Origin: Candidatus Sulfobium sp.
GTDB lineage: Bacteria; Nitrospirota; Thermodesulfovibrionia; Thermodesulfovibrionales; UBA6898
Assembly: GCA_037380845.1 (NCBI GenBank)
Contig: JARRRI010000006.1
Span: forward strand, 12,782 to 76,781
Length of the DNA stretch: 64,000 bases
Direction: 5' to 3'
Positions 18,605 through 29,287 of this stretch are shown in pieces. Within the stretch, counting starts at the first letter, position 1, and the number at the start of each line of letters is the position of its first letter. A program made the position numbers and the translations under genes. A model generated the notes under the pieces. That model ran no database searches and was not told the origin of the DNA. It worked only from the letters and a program-made list of their open reading frames with translations.

Positions 18605-20419
18605 ATGATTCGTGATAAAGGGTGTGGAGATATCAGGGAAGAAGACATAGGTTCCTCGAAGACGATTGCCGGCTGGGTCTTCAGACGGCGCGACCACGGA
18701 GGGCTTATCTTTGTGGACCTGCGCGACAGAAGCGGTATATGCCAGGTGGTATTCAGTCCCGACGTCGCGGCCGGCGCCCACGCCAGTGCTCACGACATCA
18801 GGGCGGAGTATGTTATATCAATATCGGGGGAGGTGAGGAAGAGACCCGAAGGCACCGAAAACCCCGAGATCCCGACCGGGATGGTTGAAGTATACGCCGA
18901 TAAACTAGAAGTTCTTAATGAGGCGTCGCCTCTGCCGTTTCCCATGGAAGAGGCAGCGGATGCGGGGGAGGCGCTCAGACTCAAATACCGTTATCTTGAT
19001 CTGAGAAGGCCCGAGATGCAGAAGAACCTCATGCTGCGCCACCGCATCACTAAGGCGATGAGGGATTACCTTGACGATAAGGGCTTCCTCGAAATAGAGA
19101 CACCTATGCTTACGAAATCGACCCCGGAGGGTGCCAGGGACTATCTGGTTCCCAGCCGCCTTAATCCGGGCCATTTCTATGCACTGCCGCAGTCACCTCA
19201 GCTTTTCAAGCAGATATTGATGGTGGCCGGGCTTGAGAAGTATTTCCAGATAGTGAAGTGCTTCAGGGATGAAGACCTCAGGGCGGACCGCCAGCCGGAG
19301 TTTACCCAGCTCGACCTCGAGATGTCTTTTGTCGACCGGGAGGACCTCCTCACGCTCATGGAGGGCCTCATGAAACAACTCTTCAAGGCTGTCCTCGATG
19401 TCGACATCGATACCCCTTTCGCGAGGCTTGCCCATCTTGAGTCCATGGAGCGTTTCGGCAACGACAAGCCGGACACGCGGTTCGGGCTCGAACTGAAGGA
19501 CATGGCCGATCTGGCGGGGAAGGGAAGCTTCAAGGTATTTCTCGACGCCCTCGGCAGCGGGGGGATGGTGAAGGCAATAAACGGCAAGGGGATGGCCGGG
19601 CTTTCGAGGAAGGAGATTGACACACTCACGGCGGAGGCCCAGTCCTTCGGCGCGAAGGGCCTGGCCTGGATAAAGGTGAGGAACGGCTTTGAGTCCCCGA
19701 TAGTAAAGTTCTTTCCGGAGGATGTACTGAAAGAAATGGCCGATAGGCTGGAGGCCGAGGACGGCGACCTCATGATGTTTGTGGCAGACAAGACTTCGGT
19801 CGTCTACGATGTCCTGAGCCGTATGAGGCTCGAACTGGGCAGGAGGCTCAATCTTATCCAGCGGGGTTACAAATTCCTCTGGATCACCGATTTCCCCCTC
19901 CTTGAATGGGACGACGATGAAGGCCGGTTCCAGGCAATGCATCATCCTTTCACGTCACCCATGGACGACGATGTCCGGAAGATGCTCGCCGGCGATGTGA
20001 GGGACAGGGACGTGCTATCGTCGTTAAGGGCGAAGGCCTACGATATCGTGCTGAACGGCTACGAGATAGGCGGAGGGAGTATCCGTATACACAGGCAGGA
20101 CGTCCAGAGGAAGATGTTCGAGGTCCTTAATATCACGGACGAAGATGCCAGGGTAAAATTCGGCTTTCTCCTCGATGCCCTGCAGTACGGCGCCCCGCCG
20201 CACGGCGGCATCGCGCTGGGCCTCGACAGGCTGGCAATGATAATGTCCGGGACCTCATCCATAAGGGACGTTATAGCTTTCCCCAAGACCCAGAAGGCCT
20301 TCTGCATGATGTCCGGAGCCCCTTCGACGGTCGACCCAAAACAGCTCAGAGAGCTGCACATAAAATCGGACGTGATCGTAGAGGAAGAGACGAAAGGCCC
20401 AGTCTGCGACGGGCTGTAA
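18605..20419 (+). CDS. aspS: Aspartate--tRNA ligase (likely non-discriminating Asp/Asn type)
   Basis: RRDHGG, LPQSPQLFKQ, FRDEDLRADRQPEF and PPHGGIALGLDR. His in RDHGG is typical of ND-AspRS. Confidence 0.95.
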   Translation: MIRDKGCGDIREEDIGSSKTIAGWVFRRRDHGGLIFVDLRDRSGICQVVFSPDVAAGAHASAHDIRAEYVISISGEVRKRPEGTENPEIPTGMVEVYADKLEVLNEASPLPFPMEEAADAGEALRLKYRYLDLRRPEMQKNLMLRHRITKAMRDYLDDKGFLEIETPMLTKSTPEGARDYLVPSRLNPGHFYALPQSPQLFKQILMVAGLEKYFQIVKCFRDEDLRADRQPEFTQLDLEMSFVDREDLLTLMEGLMKQLFKAVLDVDIDTPFARLAHLESMERFGNDKPDTRFGLELKDMADLAGKGSFKVFLDALGSGGMVKAINGKGMAGLSRKEIDTLTAEAQSFGAKGLAWIKVRNGFESPIVKFFPEDVLKEMADRLEAEDGDLMMFVADKTSVVYDVLSRMRLELGRRLNLIQRGYKFLWITDFPLLEWDDDEGRFQAMHHPFTSPMDDDVRKMLAGDVRDRDVLSSLRAKAYDIVLNGYEIGGGSIRIHRQDVQRKMFEVLNITDEDARVKFGFLLDALQYGAPPHGGIALGLDRLAMIMSGTSSIRDVIAFPKTQKAFCMMSGAPSTVDPKQLRELHIKSDVIVEEETKGPVCDGL

Positions 20420-20424
20420 GGCAA

Positions 20425-20469
20425 CGGACGGCGAGGTGAAGCGGGCAGAGAGGCCGACCTCGCCGTCCG
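20425..20469. terminator. GC-rich hairpin between convergent genes
   Basis: 13-bp stem CGGACGGCGAGGT / ACCTCGCCGTCCG. Confidence 0.55.
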
Positions 20470-20493
20470 AGCCGTCAAGTCCTTTCCCAGCAG

Positions 20494-22209
20494 TCATTGC
20501 GAGCCGACAGTAAACTCTGTAATCCACAGATAATAATTTGTGAGGCTCTGGTCTCCCGGCGGCATCACGGCAACTCCAAGCAAATACGTCCCCGCGGGAA
20601 GATCCGAGACCTGTATGGTTCCAAACAGGTCTGCGCCGACCTGACCTGTGGATGCCGGTATCCAGGGTACTAGCCCGGCCGAAATTGGTTGAAGCAGGCC
20701 GGTGGACGTGAATTCATAAATGTTGACCGGATCGATTGACCCGTTATAGAGGAGAAAATAGATATCGACCGGTGATTCAAACCGGCCAACGGCGATATTT
20801 ATGTCCAGAGTAGTGCCGCCGGTAGAAACATCACCAACGCCCACAGGTTGCGCCTGCGAAGGGTCAGTGTTGAGAATAGCCAGGGCGGGAGCGGCGTAGG
20901 TAAAAGTCTCCTGCCCGACAGGAAGAGGAATCGCCTCGGCGTAACAAACCTGATTGTTTGCCGCAGAGGTAGCCTGTACAATCGCACTGCTTACCTGCGG
21001 TGTTACGGCTGCTGAAGCAACAACTAAGGTCGTAGTAGCAGGGGTCGAGTTCGTGTCGGCAACCATGAGATCGAGAGTTCCAATTACTGAGGAGCAGTTA
21101 CTGATATTGCCGCTGCCGTCAAGCTTGAGTAGCCAGCTGTCACTATCGCCTGCGCCGAAGGAATAACTGAATCCTGCCACAATGGAGCCGCCATCCGAAG
21201 TCGGCACGATAACATTTGCATAATCGTTGGCGACGCCCCCGTAGGTTTTCTGCCACGAGATATTGCCCGAAGGGTCGAGCTTCATAACCAGGATGTCACT
21301 ACTGCCCGCGCCAAAGGATTCGACATCTCCCGCCACCAGGTAACCTCCGTCTGAGGTCTGACCGACACTGTAAGCATCGTCATAGACGGTCCCGCCGTAA
21401 GTTTTCTGCCACGAGATATCGCCCGAAGTGTCAAGCTTCAGGATCCACGCGTCACTATCACCGGCACCAAAGGATTTAGTCCGCCCCGCCACGATGTAAC
21501 CGCCATCGGAGGTCTGCTGGATGGCATTAGCATCGTCATAGTCGCTGCCCCCGTAAGTCTTCTGCCATGAGACATTGCCCGAGGGATCCAGCTTCAGGAT
21601 CCAGATGTCGCTGTTACCCGCACCGAAGGACTCTGTATCCCCTGCCACGATGTAGCCGCCGTCAGAGTTTTGCTGGATTGCATAGGCGTCATCGTAACTG
21701 CTCCCCCCATAGGTTTTCTGCCAGGAGATATTGCCCGAGGGATCCAGCTTCAGGATCCACGCGTCACTATCACCGGCACCAAAGGATTTAGTCCGCCCCG
21801 CCACGATGTAACCGCCATCGGAGGTCTGCCGTACGGCATCACCCTCATCATAGTCGCTGCCCCCGTAGGTTTTCTGCCATGAGACATTGCCCGAGGGATC
21901 CAGCTTCAGGATCCAGATGTCGCTGTTACCAGCACCAAAGGACTCTGTATCCCCTGCCACGATGTAGCCGCCGTCGGAGGTCTGCCGAATGGAATAAACA
22001 TCATCATAGCCGCTCCCCCCGTAAGTTTTCTGCCATGAGACATTGCCTGAGGGATCGAGCTTCAGGATCCAGATGTCGTTGTCGCCCGCACCGAAGGACA
22101 CGGTATCCCCTGCCACGATGTAGCCGCCGTCGGAAGTCTGCCGGACGTCCCAGGCGTCGTCATAGGCGCTCCCGCCGTAAGTGCTTGCCCATTCCTGGGC
22201 ATGGGCCGG
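20494..22209 (-). CDS. Secreted/surface beta-propeller repeat protein (7 x 52-aa repeats); start codon and most of the signal peptide missing
   Basis: Repeats WQKTYGGS.YD....I.QTSDGGYIVAG.T.SFGAG.SD.WILKLDPSGN. The frame stays open up to PAHA-QEW (SPase-like site), which is preceded by an in-frame TAG at 22210-22212. Confidence 0.75.
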   Translation of the reverse strand, partial: PAHAQEWASTYGGSAYDDAWDVRQTSDGGYIVAGDTVSFGAGDNDIWILKLDPSGNVSWQKTYGGSGYDDVYSIRQTSDGGYIVAGDTESFGAGNSDIWILKLDPSGNVSWQKTYGGSDYDEGDAVRQTSDGGYIVAGRTKSFGAGDSDAWILKLDPSGNISWQKTYGGSSYDDAYAIQQNSDGGYIVAGDTESFGAGNSDIWILKLDPSGNVSWQKTYGGSDYDDANAIQQTSDGGYIVAGRTKSFGAGDSDAWILKLDTSGDISWQKTYGGTVYDDAYSVGQTSDGGYLVAGDVESFGAGSSDILVMKLDPSGNISWQKTYGGVANDYANVIVPTSDGGSIVAGFSYSFGAGDSDSWLLKLDGSGNISNCSSVIGTLDLMVADTNSTPATTTLVVASAAVTPQVSSAIVQATSAANNQVCYAEAIPLPVGQETFTYAAPALAILNTDPSQAQPVGVGDVSTGGTTLDINIAVGRFESPVDIYFLLYNGSIDPVNIYEFTSTGLLQPISAGLVPWIPASTGQVGADLFGTIQVSDLPAGTYLLGVAVMPPGDQSLTNYYLWITEFTVGSQ

Positions 22210-22425
22210 CTACGGAGGATTCCGGTCTGTGGGTATTACCCCCTTTAATTAACAGGTATCACCGGAGAGGTCTTTTGTCAACAGATTGCATAAAACAGGA
22301 TGAGAAATAAAGGATTATCGCGGAAATGCGGATGTCTCTCAACTCTGCAACTCGGCGGTGAAAACATTTGGTGAAGCTTTTCCGGGGCCGAAGTTTAATG
22401 CAACAGGTCCCGGACGAACAGCGGC

Positions 22426-23586
22426 TTATCCCCCAGGCAGGGTGAAATATATAGTGGCGCCTTTGCCGGGTTTCCCTTCGGCCCAGATCCTGCCGCCGTG
22501 CTTTTCTATTATTCTTTTAGTGATCGAGAGGCCCGCGCCTGTACCCGGGAATACTCTTTCGCCGTGGAGGCGCTGGAAGATTTTGAACAGTTTTCCCGAG
22601 TAGTCCATGTCGAAGCCGACGCCGTTGTCTTTCACCGAATAGATGTTCTCCGCTTCGCCCTTTGTGCCCCTGATCTGGATCAGGGCTGTTTTCTTGGGAA
22701 CTGTAAACTTGAGGGCGTTTGAAAGGAGGTTGACAAGGACGGCCCTCATCATCTGTGCATCTCCCCGCGCAGGGGGCAGTTTTCCGATATCGAGCTTCAC
22801 GGACCGTTCTCCGGGGTTCGGTGAAACGTCTCCGTAAGCACTCCGGACGAGCGAAGCCATGTCCAGACCTTCCATGACGATTCTTTTCGTTCCTATCTGG
22901 GCAAACTGCATGAGGTCGGACAGCAGCCGCTCCATCTTGCCCGCCCGGTCAATTATGGTGGAAAGGAGCTTCATGCCTTGCTCATCCAGACACTTTGAGT
23001 AATCTTCCATCAGGATTTTCGAAAATCCCCCGATAGCGATCAGGGGGGACCGGAGTTCATGGGAGGCGGTATAGCCGAAGGATTCGAGGTCCCTTATGTA
23101 TTCCTCCCGCTCCTTCTCCAGTGCCTTGATCTGTGAGATGTCAGTCGCCGTTGTAAGGCAGACGGGATCCGGCCCCTCATCCCCTTCAAACCTGGCGCTC
23201 TGAAGGCGGGCGTATAAGATGTCGCCGTCCTTCTTCTTCATCCTCACGGTGCAGACCACGCGGTCGTGCGATGCCAGGACTTTTCTCTGATGTTCAAGAA
23301 AAGTGCCTTTGCCGGAAGTATGCACGAAAATGGAGAAGGGTTTCCCGATGAGAGCCTGTTTCGTGGCCGAGAGCATTCCAATTGCGGTGTTGTTGGCCAG
23401 CTTGATGCGCCCTTCAAGGTCGAGGACGAAATAGCCTACAGGTGCACGATCGAAGAGCTCTGCATATTTACGCTGTAAATCGGCCAGGTCGATTTGGGTG
23501 TTCCGGAGGTCCTCGTTCTGCATCTCCAGTTCGATCTGGTGGACCTGGAGCTCGTGGAGGATTTTTTCTTCAGATCTTTTTCTATT
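22426..23586 (-). CDS. PAS-domain sensor histidine kinase (5' end disrupted)
   Basis: LHELQVHQIELEMQNE coiled coil, PAS, SHELRSPL H-box, NLLSNALKF, DNGVGF and GAGL. The conserved N-terminal segment lacks an in-frame start. Confidence 0.8.
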   Translation of the reverse strand, partial: NRKRSEEKILHELQVHQIELEMQNEDLRNTQIDLADLQRKYAELFDRAPVGYFVLDLEGRIKLANNTAIGMLSATKQALIGKPFSIFVHTSGKGTFLEHQRKVLASHDRVVCTVRMKKKDGDILYARLQSARFEGDEGPDPVCLTTATDISQIKALEKEREEYIRDLESFGYTASHELRSPLIAIGGFSKILMEDYSKCLDEQGMKLLSTIIDRAGKMERLLSDLMQFAQIGTKRIVMEGLDMASLVRSAYGDVSPNPGERSVKLDIGKLPPARGDAQMMRAVLVNLLSNALKFTVPKKTALIQIRGTKGEAENIYSVKDNGVGFDMDYSGKLFKIFQRLHGERVFPGTGAGLSITKRIIEKHGGRIWAEGKPGKGATIYFTLPGG

Positions 23587-23820
23587 CTAGCACGATATTG
23601 CCGGTATGATGTCGCAGCCCTTCCATTGGCACAGAAGATAAGAGGAACAAAGTTTTTATTTCCCCATAACAGAGGCGGTGCAGGAGGGTTGTGTCGTTTG
23701 TCGTTCCTTTCCACCGGCTCCTTGCATCCCCATTAATCCCTTTTTCCAAGAGGAAATACGGCAACAGCGGTTCATATAATCAGAAAAATCACCCCGTTGC
23801 CGGATACCTCAACCTCAGCC

Positions 23821-26800
23821 TTAACCTGTCTCCTTCTTTTTCTCCGTCACGTCATTTATCGTCAGGAGTATTCTCCGGCTGTCTTTTTGGTCGCCGAATA
23901 TGACGTTGGCGTCCAGCATCATCTTTTTGCGGCCTATGTCCTCGAAGTCGTGCTCCACCAAGTAGTTGCAAAGTGTCTTCTTTTCCGGAAGGATCCTTTC
24001 CAGAATATCCTTCAGCGCCGGGATGTCCCACTGCCCGTTACCGAGTTCGTAAACACGCCTGTGCACGGTTTCCTGCGGCGTAGTCTCGAAAACGTTGTAA
24101 AAGGCTTCGTTCGCGAATTCCACCATGAGTTTTTTGTCAAGAAGAAGGATCGGTTCCCTGATACTTTGCACGATACTCCGGAACGTGAGGGCAAATCGCA
24201 GTTCATCCTGGGCATTCTTCTGTTCCGTAATGTCCACGAAAGTAAGCACCGCCCCGTCGATAACGTTTTCACTGGTGCGATAGGGCAGGATCTTGGCAAG
24301 ATACCATCTGTTTTTTTCGTGTTTCACAGGTTTTTCCTTTTTTGACAGTTTGGTGATTACCTCTTTGACGTCGGAAACAAGGTTCTGGTACTCGATCCTT
24401 GAAGATATATCGCGCAGCGGCCTCCCCACATCGGATTGTATGAGGTTTACGATTTCACTTGCCGCCGGAGTAAAACTCTTTATTTTGAGGGAATTGTCGA
24501 GGAAGATGGTGGCTATCTGGGTGCTCGCAAGGAGGTTGTTCATGTCGTTGTTGGCCCGGGAGAGTTCCTCGTTCTTCTCCTGGAGTTCGGAGTTCACCGT
24601 GACCAGCTCTTCGTTTATGGACTGGAGCTCCTCACGCGAGGTCTCCAGTTCCTCGTTCGTACTCTGGAGTTCCTCGTTTGATGACTGAAGTTCCTCGTTC
24701 GAAGATTTCAGCTCTTCGTTGGAGGTCTCCAGCTCCTCGATGGTTGTCTGGAGCCTCTCCTTTGTGGTCTTCAGCTCGTACTCGAGCTCCGACACATGCT
24801 TCGTCAGCCTTTCGGCCTCCCGGCTCTTCGGTGTTCCGGCCTTTTCCGTCTTAGGGGTGGGGACGGGCTTGAATACGACCATGACAAGGCCTTCGAAGTA
24901 ATCGGGCCTCTTGATGTAGTGGAGGTCCAGATCTATCGTCTCGAAGCCGCCGTTCGTCTTCACCCTGATTCCTCTGGATGTGACCTTTTCCTTTCTGGAG
25001 AATACCTTGCGAAGGCCTGACATCAGTTCCAGCTTCAGGCCCTCCCGGGCCATCTCGGTGATCCTGAGCGTTGCCTTGCCCGAAGGGGGTTCGAGATACT
25101 TTCCGGTTTTCCCGTAGAAATAAACGATATCTCCTCTTTCGTTGACGATGAGGCAGCAAGGGGAGTATTCGCTCAGGAGCAGGTCTTCCGCAAGCTCGCC
25201 GAGACTGACGTCCGTATGTAAATCCCGGGGGGAGGGTTCTTTGCTATTCGGCTGCGGTCCGGTCACCGTGCCTGCCTGAAGACCGAACTCGGCCGGAACG
25301 GCCCTTTCGCCCCTCTTGGCCCTGAACATCTTCCATCTCTTGTCCGCGACAGAGAAAAGCTCCGTGAAGTCGCCGATATTCTCCGACGGGCCGAGAAAGA
25401 GGACTCCCTCCTGGTTCAGAGTGTAACGGAGGAGAGGTATTATCTTTCTCTGGAGCTCCGTGCCCATGTAAATCAGGACATTCCGGCAGCTGACGAGGTC
25501 GAGCTTGAGAAAGGGCGGATCTTTAAGAATATTATGGACAGCGAAGACAACCATCTCCCTCAGTTCTCCCCTGACCTTGTAATTACCCCCCTGTTTTAGA
25601 AAATACCTTGCGAGCCTCTCCGGGGAAACATCCGCCGTAATGCTGTCTGTATAGACCCCGGCACGGGCGATCTCTATTGCCCCTGCGTCGATGTCAGTTG
25701 CGAATATCTGGACGGGGAACATCTTCTGGGCCTGTTCCATCGTTTCGCGCACTATGATTGCCAGGGAATACGCCTCTTCACCGGTGGAGCACCCCGGCAC
25801 CCATATTCTCAAAGGGTTGTCCTCTGACTTGTTTTGGATTAGCTTCGGCATTATCTCGCTCTTGATAGCGTCGAATGCCTGTGCGTCCCGGAAGAAATTC
25901 GTTACCCGGATAAGTATTTCCTTCAGGAGCGAGTTTACCTCGTGGGGACTGTTTCGCAGGTAGATGAGATAGTCCTCCATCGCCTGTACCTGGTGCATTG
26001 CCATCCGCTTTTCGATCCTGCGGACTATAGTGTTGGTCTTGTAAAGGGAGAAATCCACGCCTGTCTGCGCCCGTACTATTCCAAGGACCTTCTGGAGAAG
26101 GTTCTGGGGCTGCTCTTTCTCCCTTTCGGGCGGACGGACAACAACCCGGCTGGACTGCCTCACGTAATCCATGAGCTTCTTCGCCATCTTTTCCGGGGGC
26201 AGCACGTAATCGACTATGCCGGTGCCGATTGCGCTCTCGGGCATTCCTCCGTAAGAGGCGGTGGCAGGGTCCTGGACGAGTGCGAGACCTCCTTCACCCT
26301 TGATCGAGCGCAGCCCCAGTGCCCCTTCGGTCCCTGTGCCGGAGAGGACTATGCCTATGCCGTATACTCCCCTGTCTTCTGCAAGGGAGCGGAAGAAGAA
26401 ATCTATGGGGTGGCGCACCCCCCTCTCCTGTTTGAGTTCGAAAAGAAGGAGTTTTCCGTTGCGTATGGCCATCTCCCTGTTGGGAGGAATAATATAGATT
26501 GTGTCGGGCCTCACCTTCATCCCTTCTTCGGCCTGGAAGATATCCATCTTTGTGAAGCGCCTGAGGAGGTCGCCCATCATGCTCTTGTGCCCCGGGTCGA
26601 GGTGGGGCACGAGGACGAACCCCATCCCGCTGTCGGGAGGCATATGCCGTAGTAACTTTTCCATTGCGTCGAGGCCCCCGGCAGACGCGCCTATACCGAT
26701 GATATAGAAACCGTTTGCGGGCGGGTGTGCCGTCTTCTCGGCGGAAGCGGGAGCGGTCTTCTTCGCCCGGCCTTTTACTCCTGTTGTCGATGACTTCGAC

Positions 26801-26883
26801 GGTTTGGCCGGAGCCTTGACGGTCTTGCCGGGAGCCTTCTTTGCCGGCTTGGAAGATTCTTTGCTCTTTTTAGTTTTTGCCAA
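23821..26883 (-). CDS. CheB/CheR fusion protein with PAS domains
   Basis: GIGASAGG, LSGTGTEG, VTNFFRD, WVPGCSTGEEAYS, SCRNVLIY, EELQSSNEELQS coiled coil and PAS. Confidence 0.92.
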   Translation of the reverse strand: MAKTKKSKESSKPAKKAPGKTVKAPAKPSKSSTTGVKGRAKKTAPASAEKTAHPPANGFYIIGIGASAGGLDAMEKLLRHMPPDSGMGFVLVPHLDPGHKSMMGDLLRRFTKMDIFQAEEGMKVRPDTIYIIPPNREMAIRNGKLLLFELKQERGVRHPIDFFFRSLAEDRGVYGIGIVLSGTGTEGALGLRSIKGEGGLALVQDPATASYGGMPESAIGTGIVDYVLPPEKMAKKLMDYVRQSSRVVVRPPEREKEQPQNLLQKVLGIVRAQTGVDFSLYKTNTIVRRIEKRMAMHQVQAMEDYLIYLRNSPHEVNSLLKEILIRVTNFFRDAQAFDAIKSEIMPKLIQNKSEDNPLRIWVPGCSTGEEAYSLAIIVRETMEQAQKMFPVQIFATDIDAGAIEIARAGVYTDSITADVSPERLARYFLKQGGNYKVRGELREMVVFAVHNILKDPPFLKLDLVSCRNVLIYMGTELQRKIIPLLRYTLNQEGVLFLGPSENIGDFTELFSVADKRWKMFRAKRGERAVPAEFGLQAGTVTGPQPNSKEPSPRDLHTDVSLGELAEDLLLSEYSPCCLIVNERGDIVYFYGKTGKYLEPPSGKATLRITEMAREGLKLELMSGLRKVFSRKEKVTSRGIRVKTNGGFETIDLDLHYIKRPDYFEGLVMVVFKPVPTPKTEKAGTPKSREAERLTKHVSELEYELKTTKERLQTTIEELETSNEELKSSNEELQSSNEELQSTNEELETSREELQSINEELVTVNSELQEKNEELSRANNDMNNLLASTQIATIFLDNSLKIKSFTPAASEIVNLIQSDVGRPLRDISSRIEYQNLVSDVKEVITKLSKKEKPVKHEKNRWYLAKILPYRTSENVIDGAVLTFVDITEQKNAQDELRFALTFRSIVQSIREPILLLDKKLMVEFANEAFYNVFETTPQETVHRRVYELGNGQWDIPALKDILERILPEKKTLCNYLVEHDFEDIGRKKMMLDANVIFGDQKDSRRILLTINDVTEKKKETG

Positions 26884-27067
26884 GGTTTTGTCCCCCTTAA
26901 GTTGTACTCATATTCTATGTGATTTGGCTGTATTTTAGAACGGCGGGGAGAAAATTCTGTGGTTCACTGAGGGAGCAGGAAATACTTTTTGCGTTCGCCA
27001 GGTTTTGGTGATAACGTGAAAATATAGCAGATGTATATATGAGAATGCATGTGGGAGGAAAGAGATT

Positions 27068-27367
27068 ATGGTTACAGTTGCATTATATGTCCGGCTGGAG
27101 GCCAGGCCTGGAAAAGAGGCTGAAGTTGAGAATTTCCTTAAGGGTGGATTGGCGCTTGTTCAGGAGGAACCGGACACCACTGCCTGGTTTGCGATCAGAA
27201 TGGGGCAGACCACATTCGGCATCTTCGATGCATTCCCGGGAGAAGCCGGCAGGCAGGCGCATCTTTCCGGCAGGGTTGCCGCTGCGTTGAAGGAGAAAGC
27301 GGGCGACCTCTTTGCACAGCCCCCCGTGATTGAGAAAGTGGACGTCCTTGCGGCAAAACTTCCGTGA
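27068..27367 (+). CDS. Antibiotic biosynthesis monooxygenase (ABM) family protein
   Basis: VRLEARPGKE...FGIFDAF...AHLSG, with a GGAGG RBS. Confidence 0.8.
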   Translation: MVTVALYVRLEARPGKEAEVENFLKGGLALVQEEPDTTAWFAIRMGQTTFGIFDAFPGEAGRQAHLSGRVAAALKEKAGDLFAQPPVIEKVDVLAAKLP

Positions 27368-27444
27368 GATCGTATTCCATCTTCAAAGGTTTCATTTCGG
27401 AGTTCCTTACCGCTTGAGGGATTAGGGTAAGGTAAGGAGGACTG

Positions 27445-28536
27445 ATGGAAGGACTGGCGCATCACCTGGGACCCCCGGTCTATACTGCGACCGTTTTAGT
27501 CGGAGCGATAATAGCCGGTCTCATTGCCCACAAAGTATTATTCCGGGTCGCGGCCAATATATCGCGGCGAACTTCAAGTATCGTCGACGATTCCCTCGTC
27601 GGGCATCTGAGAAGGCCCGCACGGGTGATGATCCCTCTTGTAATATTTTACGTCACGCTTCAGTTCGAGCATGTCCCTTCCGATGTTCTACGGGTGATAG
27701 AAAAGATCTCGCTTGTCCTTCTGATACTGGGGGCCTCCTGGGTCCTTGTAGCGCTGACTTCGGTGCTCGAGGATTTCGTCCTGAGTAAATACAGGATTGC
27801 CGACGATGAAAATATCAGGGCGAGGAAGATTTACACCCAGTTCAAGATCATAAAAAAGATTCTCATCGTCGCCATCCTGGTGGTCGGCCTTGCCGCGGTC
27901 TTGCTGAGTTTCAAGAAATTCCGCCAGGTCGGCGCCGGCCTTCTCGCCTCGGCCGGGGTGGCGGGAATCGTTCTCGGGGTGGCGGCCCGGCCAGCCCTCT
28001 CCAACCTTCTGGCCGGAATCCAGATAGCTCTCACCGAACCGATCCGTCTGGAGGATGTTGTGGTAGTTGAAGGTGAATGGGGGAGGATCGAAGAGATAAC
28101 GCTGACTTATGTTGTCGTCAAGATATGGGACCTCCGGCGCCTGGTTGTTCCGATTGGGTATTTCCTGGATAAACCCTTTCGAAACTGGACCAGGCAGTCA
28201 TCCGACCTGATCGGATCGGTCTATCTCTACGCCGATTATACGGTCCCGGTGCCGGAGGTCCGGGAGGAACTCCACCGCATATTGCAGGAATCGTCTTACT
28301 GGAAGGGCGACGTCTGGGCCTTGCAGGTGACGGACGCCACTGAAAAGACCATACAGTTGAGGGCAATAATGGACGCCGGGGATTCATCGAACGCCTGGTA
28401 CCTCAGATGCGAAGTCAGGGAAAAACTCATTGAATTCCTTAGGGTGAAACATCCCGATGCGCTGCCGAAAGTCAGGGCGGGAATAGCGAACTTCACACAA
28501 TCCCCTTCGGCTTCCGGCCGCGAACAGGGGATATGA
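27445..28536 (+). CDS. MscS-family mechanosensitive channel
   Basis: LSNLLAGIQIALTEPIRLEDVV and GRIEEITLTYV. Confidence 0.88.
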   Translation: MEGLAHHLGPPVYTATVLVGAIIAGLIAHKVLFRVAANISRRTSSIVDDSLVGHLRRPARVMIPLVIFYVTLQFEHVPSDVLRVIEKISLVLLILGASWVLVALTSVLEDFVLSKYRIADDENIRARKIYTQFKIIKKILIVAILVVGLAAVLLSFKKFRQVGAGLLASAGVAGIVLGVAARPALSNLLAGIQIALTEPIRLEDVVVVEGEWGRIEEITLTYVVVKIWDLRRLVVPIGYFLDKPFRNWTRQSSDLIGSVYLYADYTVPVPEVREELHRILQESSYWKGDVWALQVTDATEKTIQLRAIMDAGDSSNAWYLRCEVREKLIEFLRVKHPDALPKVRAGIANFTQSPSASGREQGI

Positions 28537-29276
28537 CCAAATTGGCAGAGGAAGGCCTCAATAATAGAAATCCGGACGGAAGCGCACCGCCGGCGGGCCG
28601 CAGGGAACAGGCGCTGGAACTTGCGGTCTTTCTTTTCCTTATCATACCCGCCATGGTGCTATCATTCTTTGTTGTGAGGGGGGCGAGCCTGAGTTTCGTT
28701 ATCCTGGCAGTGGATACGGTCATGCGCGATCTCGGGCTTCTCAGTCTGGTGCTATTCTTCGTCTGGCGCAACGGGGAGCCGTTCGCCGCGGTAGGCTGCC
28801 GGCGGAAGAACCTCCTCAAAGAGATCGGCCTGGGCATCGCACTCTTTATCCCCCTGATATATATTCTGCCGGCGCTGGAGAGCACACTGCACAAGATTGG
28901 ACTAACCTCCCCCTCAAATCCGCTTTCTGCGCTCACGAGCGAAAAGGGCATTCCTGAAGTCCTGCTGGCCTCCCTGATGGTGATGGTAGTCGCAGTGGCT
29001 GAAGAGACTATTTTCCGGGGGTATCTGATCCTCCGTCTGGAGACGGCCACGCGGAGCCGTGCGTGGGCCATAGGTCTGTCTGCCGTGATCTTTTCCCTGG
29101 GACATGGTTACGAAGGTTCCGCGGGTATGGCGACCGTGGCTTTCCTGGGAGTAGTACTGGCGTGGGTCTACCTTTGGCGGCAGAATCTCGTCGCTGCCGT
29201 GGTAATCCATTTTCTTCAGGATTTCAGCGGCATCGTCCTCCTCCCTCTACTGAAGCAGCTGAACCTTCTTCAATAA
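28533..29276 (+). CDS. CPBP (Abi/CAAX) intramembrane metalloprotease
   Basis: EETIFRG, FSLGH and HFLQD motifs. Confidence 0.88.
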   Translation: MTKLAEEGLNNRNPDGSAPPAGRREQALELAVFLFLIIPAMVLSFFVVRGASLSFVILAVDTVMRDLGLLSLVLFFVWRNGEPFAAVGCRRKNLLKEIGLGIALFIPLIYILPALESTLHKIGLTSPSNPLSALTSEKGIPEVLLASLMVMVVAVAEETIFRGYLILRLETATRSRAWAIGLSAVIFSLGHGYEGSAGMATVAFLGVVLAWVYLWRQNLVAAVVIHFLQDFSGIVLLPLLKQLNLLQ

Positions 29277-29287
29277 GGGTGCGGGGC

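Noticed and set aside
21180..22190. CRISPR array or DGR template/variable repeat
   Set aside because: The repeats are 156-nt in-frame coding units without unique spacers. No cas or reverse transcriptase genes and no evident adenine-specific variation were seen.
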